This document shows positions 1 through 7,292 of a stretch of 12,558 bases of DNA, piece after piece; the first letter of the stretch is position 1; each line of letters starts with the position of its first letter. A program made the position numbers and the translations under genes. The DNA is from Coleofasciculaceae cyanobacterium bin_20 (lineage in GTDB: Bacteria; Cyanobacteriota; Cyanobacteriia; B231): assembly GCA_037445115.1 (NCBI GenBank), contig JBBILC010000141.1:1-12558 (forward strand), written 5' to 3'. Under the pieces are notes generated by a model, which saw nothing but the letters and a program-made list of their open reading frames with translations, was not told the origin of the DNA and did not search any database.

Positions 1-1
1 G

Positions 2-29
2 TCCCTCTCCCGTCCTGGGAGAGGGATTT
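2..29 (+). terminator. Perfect 10-bp GC-rich hairpin: tccctctccc (2-11) pairs with gggagaggga (17-26), loop gtcct, followed by ttta. Possible terminator of a gene left of the window, or part of the adjacent repeat element.
   Basis: Inverted repeat read directly from the sequence. The T-tract is only 3 nt, so the terminator call is weak. Confidence 0.25.
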
Positions 30-64
30 AGGGTGAGGTAGCAAAAGTGGGATGCACCCGATCT

Positions 65-181
65 GATGTGCTGGAAGGATCTTGGGGCAATCTAATTTGT
101 TAGAAATGGGCAGGTTTATCTGGATGGCTGGTTTGTGGTCCAGGTTTTGGGACAACCCACCCCTACATTAATGTTTTTGGG
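65..181. repeat. Left copy of a ~100-bp dispersed repeat element (ttggggcaatctaatttgttagaaatgggcaggtttatctggatggctggtttgtggtccaggttttgggacaacccacccctaca...). Direct repeat of 7323-7419.
   Basis: Manual alignment of 82-181 with 7323-7419 gives roughly 80% identity over ~100 bp in the same orientation. Shared blocks are ttggggcaa(t/c)ctaattt(g/t)ttagaaatgg.c.ggtttatc..gatggctggt.tgtggtccag.tttg...caaccc.cccctaca. Confidence 0.75.
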
Positions 182-489
182 CACTTCGAATAATTGCCTT
201 ATTGCGAAAATCAAGCACGCTATACCAGGCCATGCTCAATAAGCACCCCTATTTTTCGATGTGCCCTTATTATGACTAACACGATCGCGGTTAATTACAG
301 GGGTACTCACATCTCTGTCTCTTTTTCGGTGACCAGTAGTCAACCCCCTAATAAGTCCATGCCACAGCAACCTAACGGCAAAAGTGAGCGGCGGCAGATA
401 ACACCGAACACCCACAGATAACCCTTGTGCCGTCCACACCAACGCAATGTTAGCTGGCTCGAGACAAAGACATTGCTGACTCAGAAGCG

Positions 490-512
490 TAAAATAGTAG
501 GAGTAGCAAGGA
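490..512 (+). promoter_or_regulatory. Candidate -10 box TAAAAT (490-495) and Shine-Dalgarno-like aagga (508-512, 8 nt before the ATG at 521) for the antitoxin-toxin operon.
   Basis: Sequence motifs only. No convincing -35 at 17-bp spacing. Confidence 0.3.
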
Positions 513-520
513 ATTTAGCC

Positions 521-766
521 ATGAGCGTCGTTGTCCCTGATGAGATTTTAACCGCAACCCGCATGACTGAGGCTGAAATGCGTCAGGAAATTGCTGTCAT
601 GCTCTTTCAGCGCGAAAAGCTTACCCTTGCTCAAGCCAGTCGTTTTGCAGGAATACATCGTGTTGCCTTTCAACACCTACTCGCTAGTCGCTACATCCCA
701 GTACATTACGGAGTAGAGGATTTCGAGCAGGACATTCAAAATTTGCGGGAGATGGGCAGATTGTGA
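521..766 (+). CDS. UPF0175-family antitoxin, 81 aa (MSVVVPDEILTATRMTEAEMRQEIAVMLFQREKLTLAQASRFAGIHRVAFQHLLASRYIPVHYGVEDFEQDIQNLREMG). The ORF-track start at 425 is probably an upstream extension; the true start is likely the ATG at 521.
   Basis: Typical UPF0175 length and motif pattern (IPDEIL..., SLGKAAELAG-like helix-turn-helix segment, C-terminal EDLxxDLxxL). In-frame ATG at 521 with an RBS-like aagga. Sits immediately upstream of, and overlapping, a DUF3368 gene, which is the canonical pairing. Confidence 0.85.
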   Translation: MSVVVPDEILTATRMTEAEMRQEIAVMLFQREKLTLAQASRFAGIHRVAFQHLLASRYIPVHYGVEDFEQDIQNLREMGRL

Positions 767-1260
767 TTATTGTCAGTGACACATCATCTATCAACAACCT
801 TGCTGCAATCAATCACCTTCATCTTCTTAATCAACTCTATGGAACGGTTTTTATTCCCGAAGCCGTTTATCGAGAATTAACTGACCCAAATTTTCCTGTT
901 GCAGGGGCGACTGAAGTACAAACCTTTGACTGGATTCAAACTCGCGCTGTTAGCGATCGTACCCTTGTCGAAGTACTAAACAACGAACTTGATATTGGAG
1001 AGTCCGAGGCGATTGCCTTAGCCGTGGAGATTCAAGCTGATCAAGTTTTGATTGATGAACGTCGCGGTCGGCTAGTCGCAAGTAGGTTGAGTCTGCGCTA
1101 CATAGGTATCCTAGGAATTTTAGTCGAAGCAAAAAGTCAAGGCTTAATTGGTGGAGTAAAACCTTTATTGGATGCATTGCTTAATGAGGCTGGATTTTGG
1201 GTTGCAGAACCTTTGTACAACAGTGTTTTGCACCTTGTTAATGAGATCGACCTACCTTGA
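763..1260 (+). CDS. DUF3368-family PIN-like putative ribonuclease toxin, 165 aa. GTG start overlapping the antitoxin stop (GTGA at 763-766).
   Basis: The N-terminus MIIVSDTSSINNLAAINHLHLLNQLYGTVFIPEAVYREL matches the DUF3368/PIN-like pattern (hhhhDsSxLI.LakIgrLdLL..L...vhIP.aVy.E). Translational coupling to the UPF0175 gene. Confidence 0.85.
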   Translation: MIIVSDTSSINNLAAINHLHLLNQLYGTVFIPEAVYRELTDPNFPVAGATEVQTFDWIQTRAVSDRTLVEVLNNELDIGESEAIALAVEIQADQVLIDERRGRLVASRLSLRYIGILGILVEAKSQGLIGGVKPLLDALLNEAGFWVAEPLYNSVLHLVNEIDLP

Positions 1261-1509
1261 TCTTTTCTGGGTAACTGGTAAGCGTTTGGGATACTCCGCA
1301 GACAGGATAGAGCGAGATAACGACCAAGCTCACCGGACGCAGATAACTTTTGCCACTCAACCGATCACATTAAGGCGTTCCGGTGCAGCGACTTGTTATA
1401 CCGCTTACTCAGACCGAGTGTGCTCATAGATATTAGAGAGAAACTACTCAACCCTGGATTAGAGCATAGCTTCACGTACTTTAGAGTAGGTCTCATAGTT
1501 ATAAAACAG

Positions 1510-4500
1510 CTATACTGAAACGCTCGGAGAAATAGGCGTCACAAAGTCGTCTCGCATTTGATATGCAGCGGAAGAACCTGTCTCAACAAGCTGGTCGAGA
1601 ATATATAGAACCGCTTCTCGAACGCTACGATTTGATTTAAGTTGAAGCGGTTCCCCATAGACAAAGCGACGAAGCAAGACTTCAAGGTAGTAAGTAGTGG
1701 TCGAATCAGTCAGAGCTTGAGAAGCGTCTCCTGTCTTCAATCGCTCAGCTACCAATGTAAAACTTTTTGGAAGTGCTCTTTCGCCAACATGATAGAGAAA
1801 TCGGCAATAAGCTTTGAATGCAGCCGATGTCGCAGGAATACTTTTCACCAGGTTTTCTATGCGGTTCTCTTGATCCCTGAGACGTGGCCAGTATCGTACT
1901 TTATCTTTCCAGGATATTCCTAATAGTAGTTTACTCAGAAGTTGTGATGCGCTACTCGCCGTCGCATATCGTTCGTCTAACTTGCCATTCCATTTGGCAT
2001 TAGCAAAGTGGTCAGCAAAATTTTGCCAAATCTCCCAGAAGGGAGATTCACGTTCCAACTTATCTTCCTCGTAAATGAGTGCTTCAACAAACTCGCTAAC
2101 TTCCTTTGGATGGGTTTCGACAGATTGAAGGATAGGTTGATAAATTACAATCGCATGCTCAGCATCTAACTTAAGTGCAAATCTAGCGATCTGTTTTGTA
2201 AACCAAAGCTCGAACTCGAAGTCTCTATGATTATTACTATATTGGTCATGGTTATCTCTTTCCCAATCTTGAGTAAGGGCATAAGCTACTCGCTCATATA
2301 TCCTTGCCGCAGACTCGGATGTTGTCAGATAACTCAGTATCTGAAGAATGAAGCGTATCTGAAATCGCACATATCCTTGCAGGGGGTCCAAATTGCGTAA
2401 TTCATTTTCGGCGTCTATCTCTCCAGAAACTATGTCCTTTCTTATCTCTAATGCGGCCCTCTGAAACAACTCATAACCAGAGAGTTGTGCCTCATAGGGC
2501 ATTTCTTGTTGTTTTTCTCTAAGTTCCTCTGCAAGTCGTGCTTGTTTAGCTAAAGCGCCGACATAGCGCATAACAAAGTCAGGCTCAGTCTCTCCCAAGT
2601 AGTATCCCAACCCTGCTGCTGCATACTCTCTGATCTCAGTGACCGAATGGGTAAGGGCAGTAGCTGTTGCAGCAATCAGCACGTCACCAGACTTATCCAC
2701 GCCTAATTTTTGTATAGCGCACGGCAGGGTATAAGCTGCAGAACCGCCACCGCTGCCTCCAAGAACAGCATGGTGATCACTTCCGTCGTGCTTCTCAACT
2801 TCTGCGATTAACCTATCAACACACCAAGAACGATCATCGCTGTTCATTTCATCCCAATAATCTCTTATGCACACTGAAGCTAGCAATCCCGATCCACCTT
2901 GGCTTAAATCAAAAGGATTTTGCGTTTCTTCTCTGCTATCTTGCGCTTCTGAATCATGGAGCTTGGCAAGAGAGAGCATTTCTTGCCAGGACTGTGAATC
3001 ATTATCTAGATTTCTGTCCCAGGCGGCTTGTCCCCAAAGCCAAAGAGAGAGCACTTTTGTATGCTGAGCTTGCTGTTCAGAATTGCTATCGACTATTTCC
3101 TGTACATCCGGCTCTATTGCACCCAAGCTTATAGAGAAGTAGCGTCGCGTATCTTCTTCTGATCCCGATGGTGTTGTGTTGACTGTCACTTCCTCGCCTA
3201 ATTGGAAGCCTCGGACATCCATACGATGAAGCGCCAGCCTCCAGACAAGGTCTCCCTCTGATTGATCTTCCAGAGGTGGCAAATTTGCCCGGTGCTGATC
3301 AATGATTTGCCACACTTCCTCACATCTATCCCCAAGTTGAAGGTTGATCGCAAGGGATTCGAGATTACTCTTTCTATGGGGAAGAGCGCCCGACTCAATT
3401 CGCTCATGGTCATAAGCCTTACCCATAGGCTGCAAGGAGGGCATGAGCTTTTCGATGCTGAAATTATTCGCTTGATCATGAACCATTCGGCTACGGTCAA
3501 GGTCGATAATATCTTGAGTAGAAAGCAGTGCGAGTCCTGCACGACCACACTTGTCTGGATGTGCAATACAAACACTGGCGACAACTGCTGTCACTGCGAC
3601 ATTGTTGCTGTCTTGCAGCAACTTAAGAAGCCAGGACTCAAGATTTACATCCTCAAGCTTAGCGATTTCGAGGAGCCAATGTTCGAGCGCCATCAATGCA
3701 GACTGTAAAACATAAGGAGCTACAGAGGTACCTCGGTATATAGCGTAGAGACGCCCGTTAGCCCACTGTGAGATAGGTTGGCTTTCCTCTGGTATATTCA
3801 GTTCGACTTGCCATGCTGGTTCCAGCGGATCAAATGGCCACTTTTGTTCGCCGTACCAAGAGCAAGCATGGTTTATCAGAGTAGTGATAAAGTCAACACC
3901 GATACGGGGATGCGATCGCAAAAGAGCCCAGAATGGTCCCCGAATAGCACTTGCTGGAACTGAGAATTTGTGTGCTACGTGTTGCCGAATGCCGAAGTGT
4001 GAATCGATATTCAATGACCAGTGGTGGCGATACCCGTGCTCCCGGATTCTCTGAAGATCTTCGTCGGTAAGACAAAAGTAAGACATTGCAAGATCTATGA
4101 TCTCTTCTGGGAAGTCACGACAGGCAAAAGTTCCGCTGCTTTCGGTTAAAAGTAGATCTGCAAAGTCTTTAGCTACGTCATCGTGGTTATTTGCTGATTT
4201 GGCTCGACGCAAGATGTTTCTAAATGTATCAGCAGCAGAGTTTGGTATTTTGGCAAAAATTTCCAGCGCTCGCTTTCTCAAATCCCTTGAGTTATAGCCG
4301 TTTAGATCATCAAGAAGCCGAGCAATGATTTTGCCAGCATCCTTATATCCTTCTGGCTGAGGTTTCCAGTAAGCAACTTGTTGTGACCAGTCTTCTACCA
4401 ATCCCAGAACTATTCCGAAGTGCTCAGGTAGCAATTTTTCTAACTCTTCGCTGACGATTTTTAGTACCGGAGACCAAGCAGTTCCTGTGGGAACAAGAAG

Positions 4501-6639
4501 TTGTGATGTAAGCCCACGTTGATTAGGAAACAAGTCGTGAGCAGTTTTGCAGGCAACGCGAAGTAAATGAATAACACGGATCAACAGTTCTGCATCATGT
4601 GCAAGAAGTACAGCTCCGTTACGAAGCAGAAAGTCATTGGCGGAGGAAGACAGAAGTGTGCATATGATTGTGTCGTCCCGAAAATGGGCCGGAAGAGTGT
4701 CATCTTGGAAAGCAGATAAGATGAAGGTATCTGCACTCTCTAACTCAAGCCTTAGTGCCTCGCCAAGCCACTTTCTATAACCTCGCCGGAGGGCTGGATA
4801 TCCCCCGATATCCTCTGCAAATCCTGCTGCTTCGCCTTCATTAATAACAAATTGACCATGTAGCCAATGTATAGTCGCCCAGTCCTCCAAAACATCATGT
4901 GCAGGAGCAGCTAGTGACTGGCTGTCCTCGGAGAACGCCACCAAGCCATCCCTATGTAAGGCTTCCAACACATTGGCGTCAAAGTTATCACATCGAACAT
5001 ACGGACGAAGTTCTTTAGCCCTTTGTAAAGAAAGCTGCAAGAATACCTGTTCTCTTTTACGAGGCATACCATCAGCAGCATCTACATCAGAGCGGATTAT
5101 CTCACTCCAGCACCTATCTCTAAATTCCTTTTCATTATCCGGTAACTGTCCTTCCGACCAATTAATCCGAGCAGCTATATCTAAAAAATATGGTGAGCGA
5201 ATCAGCTTTTTGAGGTTTGGATTCTGAACCGCTACAGCAATCTGGGGAATTTCTTGCGCGACTTGGTCTAGCTCTTCATCTGTAAAAGGACGAACATCGA
5301 TCAGCTCATATTGGAGAGCGACCTGTTCTAGCAAAGATATTTTTACCGTATCTATGGAGTAGTCACGGCAAGTGAGTATTAAACGAAGATTTTGATCCTG
5401 TCTTACAAGCCGCAAGAGATCCATAAATGCTTTTCGCTCTGACGACTCAAGTAAGCGCTCTACACTCTCGATGAGAATGAACTTTCTCCCTTGAGCCGAT
5501 AATAGACTCAACAATCTGTTTGCTGTCAATGAATCTTGAATCGCTTGTAGAGACTGGTCTATATGGCTACTGGCAAATTCTTCAGCTCGAAAGACTAAAC
5601 AGAAACAGTTCTCTTTAATTTGCTCAACTACGTTTTTTGCTACTGCTGACTTTCCATAACCTGCTGGTCCATTGATGAGAGTGACTTGTGTCGCTTCTAG
5701 TGAATCAAGAATTTTAGTCTCTAGAATCTCTCGCCGAACTTTGATATGACTAGCAATAGTAGTATTGATGCCATCCAGTGTTACTAAACTGTGATCGAGA
5801 AGTTGTCTTAAAAGTCCGCCAGATCGAGGTGCTAAAGCAGAGTGACGTTGACGCAAAACCTCTGGTAGGTTGTTATGTCTATAGCTGCCTGCCGCTGGCA
5901 TTCCGTCAGACCCACCAACTATTTGAAGGAGATCGCTCCAAGTAGATTCTGCTGCTGCAAACGGATCAGGTTCGCTTGAGCAGAAAGCAAGCAGGTTTTT
6001 TGTCCACGCCTCTTGCTGAGCAGTTTTTGTAGTGAGGTCTAAGCTGATTACATGTAGAACACACAAGAAGCGCCAGAAGTCGTCAGCATTAATAGTTGTC
6101 GCAAAACTCTTCTCCAGAATACTTTGGATGGTTTCTGCTTGCTTCCGGGCGGTTTTAGAAAGAAGACCGTCTATTTTAATCCGCCGTTCGAAGTCTGAAC
6201 CATCAACAGAAGCCCGTGCAAAGTCTAATAAGCTGCCAAATTTGTCCAGCAATAAGTTGGTTCCTTGAAGCGTAATGAGAGCGAGTCGATCAGTCTCAGG
6301 GGAGAAGTTGGCCGAATTCTTGAAATCTTGCCAAAAATCAGCAAACGCCTTTTGACACGCATCGTTTTCACTGCTGATAGTGAAACTCCGTTTTACTTGT
6401 GCAGCAAGATGGCGATACTGGCCTCCACCTTTATTGCCTACAACCAATACATCGTCAGTCTGCCAGCCGAGATGCTCAGTCTGAAAATGCACTTCTTCGA
6501 CTTGGCAATCTTTTAAGATAGGGGGAATACCTCTAACAAGCAATAATGCAAGAAACTGTGCTCCAACGTGCTGCTCAAAAAACGTACCGCTTCCGCCTGT
6601 GGCAATCGGACTTGATACTGCTTGCTTTTTGCTACTCAT
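1510..6639 (-). CDS. Giant 1709-aa multidomain protein with three recognisable parts. Residues ~15-90 form an N-terminal Mrr-like PD-(D/E)xK nuclease domain: FE at 21-22, TDD at 61-63, QVK at 81-83. Residues ~310-560 form a central STAND-type P-loop NTPase: Walker A GPAGYGKS at 324-331, Walker B-like FILIESVE at 387-394, sensor-1-like LILTCR at 420-425. The C-terminal ~1150 aa are unassigned and look helical. Candidate Avs/AVAST-like antiphage NLR-like protein.
   Basis: Single uninterrupted ORF of 5130 nt. Nuclease and NTPase motifs were read from the translation; Walker A maps to nt 5647-5670. The nuclease-NTPase-sensor order matches Avs-type antiviral STAND proteins. It lies in a compositionally foreign block next to a TA pair and a recombinase remnant. 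Confidence 0.85.
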   Translation of the reverse strand: MSSKKQAVSSPIATGGSGTFFEQHVGAQFLALLLVRGIPPILKDCQVEEVHFQTEHLGWQTDDVLVVGNKGGGQYRHLAAQVKRSFTISSENDACQKAFADFWQDFKNSANFSPETDRLALITLQGTNLLLDKFGSLLDFARASVDGSDFERRIKIDGLLSKTARKQAETIQSILEKSFATTINADDFWRFLCVLHVISLDLTTKTAQQEAWTKNLLAFCSSEPDPFAAAESTWSDLLQIVGGSDGMPAAGSYRHNNLPEVLRQRHSALAPRSGGLLRQLLDHSLVTLDGINTTIASHIKVRREILETKILDSLEATQVTLINGPAGYGKSAVAKNVVEQIKENCFCLVFRAEEFASSHIDQSLQAIQDSLTANRLLSLLSAQGRKFILIESVERLLESSERKAFMDLLRLVRQDQNLRLILTCRDYSIDTVKISLLEQVALQYELIDVRPFTDEELDQVAQEIPQIAVAVQNPNLKKLIRSPYFLDIAARINWSEGQLPDNEKEFRDRCWSEIIRSDVDAADGMPRKREQVFLQLSLQRAKELRPYVRCDNFDANVLEALHRDGLVAFSEDSQSLAAPAHDVLEDWATIHWLHGQFVINEGEAAGFAEDIGGYPALRRGYRKWLGEALRLELESADTFILSAFQDDTLPAHFRDDTIICTLLSSSANDFLLRNGAVLLAHDAELLIRVIHLLRVACKTAHDLFPNQRGLTSQLLVPTGTAWSPVLKIVSEELEKLLPEHFGIVLGLVEDWSQQVAYWKPQPEGYKDAGKIIARLLDDLNGYNSRDLRKRALEIFAKIPNSAADTFRNILRRAKSANNHDDVAKDFADLLLTESSGTFACRDFPEEIIDLAMSYFCLTDEDLQRIREHGYRHHWSLNIDSHFGIRQHVAHKFSVPASAIRGPFWALLRSHPRIGVDFITTLINHACSWYGEQKWPFDPLEPAWQVELNIPEESQPISQWANGRLYAIYRGTSVAPYVLQSALMALEHWLLEIAKLEDVNLESWLLKLLQDSNNVAVTAVVASVCIAHPDKCGRAGLALLSTQDIIDLDRSRMVHDQANNFSIEKLMPSLQPMGKAYDHERIESGALPHRKSNLESLAINLQLGDRCEEVWQIIDQHRANLPPLEDQSEGDLVWRLALHRMDVRGFQLGEEVTVNTTPSGSEEDTRRYFSISLGAIEPDVQEIVDSNSEQQAQHTKVLSLWLWGQAAWDRNLDNDSQSWQEMLSLAKLHDSEAQDSREETQNPFDLSQGGSGLLASVCIRDYWDEMNSDDRSWCVDRLIAEVEKHDGSDHHAVLGGSGGGSAAYTLPCAIQKLGVDKSGDVLIAATATALTHSVTEIREYAAAGLGYYLGETEPDFVMRYVGALAKQARLAEELREKQQEMPYEAQLSGYELFQRAALEIRKDIVSGEIDAENELRNLDPLQGYVRFQIRFILQILSYLTTSESAARIYERVAYALTQDWERDNHDQYSNNHRDFEFELWFTKQIARFALKLDAEHAIVIYQPILQSVETHPKEVSEFVEALIYEEDKLERESPFWEIWQNFADHFANAKWNGKLDERYATASSASQLLSKLLLGISWKDKVRYWPRLRDQENRIENLVKSIPATSAAFKAYCRFLYHVGERALPKSFTLVAERLKTGDASQALTDSTTTYYLEVLLRRFVYGEPLQLKSNRSVREAVLYILDQLVETGSSAAYQMRDDFVTPISPSVSV

Positions 6640-6850
6640 CAGCGATTTCTATCTAGAGCGTATGGTGTTTGATGTGTTTTGTCTAAGAGCTTCAACTATT
6701 TTAAGCAACCAAGCTGCACCGAGTGATCTTGATGAACTGGTGTGACTCAACAGGTAGGCGGTATAACTATGTATTCAACGTCAGATCTGATGGATAAGCC
6801 CGGATATCAGGATCTTATCATGCAGATCCGCGTGATAATACCTGGTTCTG

Positions 6851-6993
6851 GGGTGTTATTTATCAAAGTTAATGTTTTAAGTCCGAGATTTCAGGGTGTT
6901 ATCCGTCACTTTTGACGTTTAAGTTGGGGAAATTGGGGTGTTATCCGTCACTTTTAAATGATAACACCCGGATTCAGGGTGTTATCCGTCATT
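6851..6993. repeat. Phased array of GGGTGTTAT(C) repeats. Direct copies at 6851-6864 (degenerate: gggtgttatttatc), 6894-6913, 6936-6955 and 6977-6993, spaced 41-43 bp. One inverted copy gataacaccc at 6960-6969 forms a 9-bp inverted repeat with the 6936 copy (GGTGTTATC-14 bp-GATAACACC). Candidate recombinase-binding attI-like site or operator array.
   Basis: Exact 17-20 bp matches read in the sequence (gggtgttatccgtcactttt twice, gggtgttatccgtcatt once). Spacing is about 4 helical turns. Located immediately upstream of the IntI-like fragment and upstream of, and divergent from, the giant minus-strand gene. Confidence 0.8.
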
Positions 6994-6998
6994 GCCTT

Positions 6999-7292
6999 GT
7001 GCTGGACAGTCAGCCACCGCCACCGCCACCCCGCCTGCTGGATCAGGTCAGGCAAGCCATTCGCCTTAAGCACTTCAGCTTAAAGACCAAAAAGTCCTAC
7101 GTTTACTACATCCGCGACTTCATCCTGTTTCACGGCAAACGCCATCCTAAGGACATGGGGGCAGATGAGATCTGGGCCTACCTGGCGCATCTAGCTGTTG
7201 AACGCTCCGTTGCCGCCTCCATGCAAACAGTCGCCCTGAGTGCCTTGCTGTTTCTTTACCGTCAAGTCTTGCAGGGTGATCCCCCCTTTTGT
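6999..7292 (+). pseudogene. Truncated tyrosine recombinase. Only the N-terminal SAM-like/core-binding domain of an integron-integrase (IntI)-like protein is present. Homology stops at ~7290, where the dispersed repeat begins, and the catalytic domain is absent.
   Basis: From memory, the translation LLDQVRQAIRLKHFSLKTKKSYVYYIRDFILFHGKRHPKDMGADEIWAYLAHLAVERSVAASMQTVALSALLFLYRQVLQGD aligns without gaps to the IntI1 N-terminus [82 protein letters not shown]. A proline-rich stretch preceding LDQ is present in both. The likely start is the in-frame GTG at 6999. The ORF-track ATG at 6912 would run through the repeat array. Downstream of 7290 the ORF continues in frame through the repeat element, which I take to be coincidental. 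Confidence 0.7.

Noticed and set aside
194-442. Overlapping 75-aa (+) and 68-aa (-) ORFs at the left edge of the island.
   Set aside because: No recognisable motifs and no RBS. They overlap each other. The region more likely holds promoter or site sequences, including the gataacacc motif.
425-520. N-terminal extension of the antitoxin ORF (MCRPHQRNVSWLETKTLLTQKRKIVGVARNLA).
   Set aside because: UPF0175 proteins are ~80-90 aa and begin near MxIxIPDEIL. The internal ATG at 521 has an RBS-like aagga and gives the canonical length.
1261-1509. Possible integron attC site between the TA module and the 3' end of the giant gene. It contains ACTCAAC (RYYYAAC-like) at 1366 and 1446 and an imperfect long hairpin at 1331-1385.
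   Set aside because: No properly spaced GTTRRRY partner or L/R box symmetry could be found by eye. I left it as a hypothesis to test with covariance models rather than a feature.
1642-6516. Plus-strand ORFs inside the giant minus-strand gene: 1642-1923, 2867-3067, 3262-3708, 3778-3963, 4097-4297, 4973-5227, 6032-6268 and 6265-6516.
   Set aside because: Shadow ORFs on the opposite strand of a 5.1-kb continuous gene whose protein motifs are coherent. None has a recognisable domain.
6790-6825. Short inverted repeat gataag...cttatc around cccggatatcagg, upstream of the giant gene.
   Set aside because: Only 6-bp arms. It could be an operator, but it is too short to distinguish from chance.
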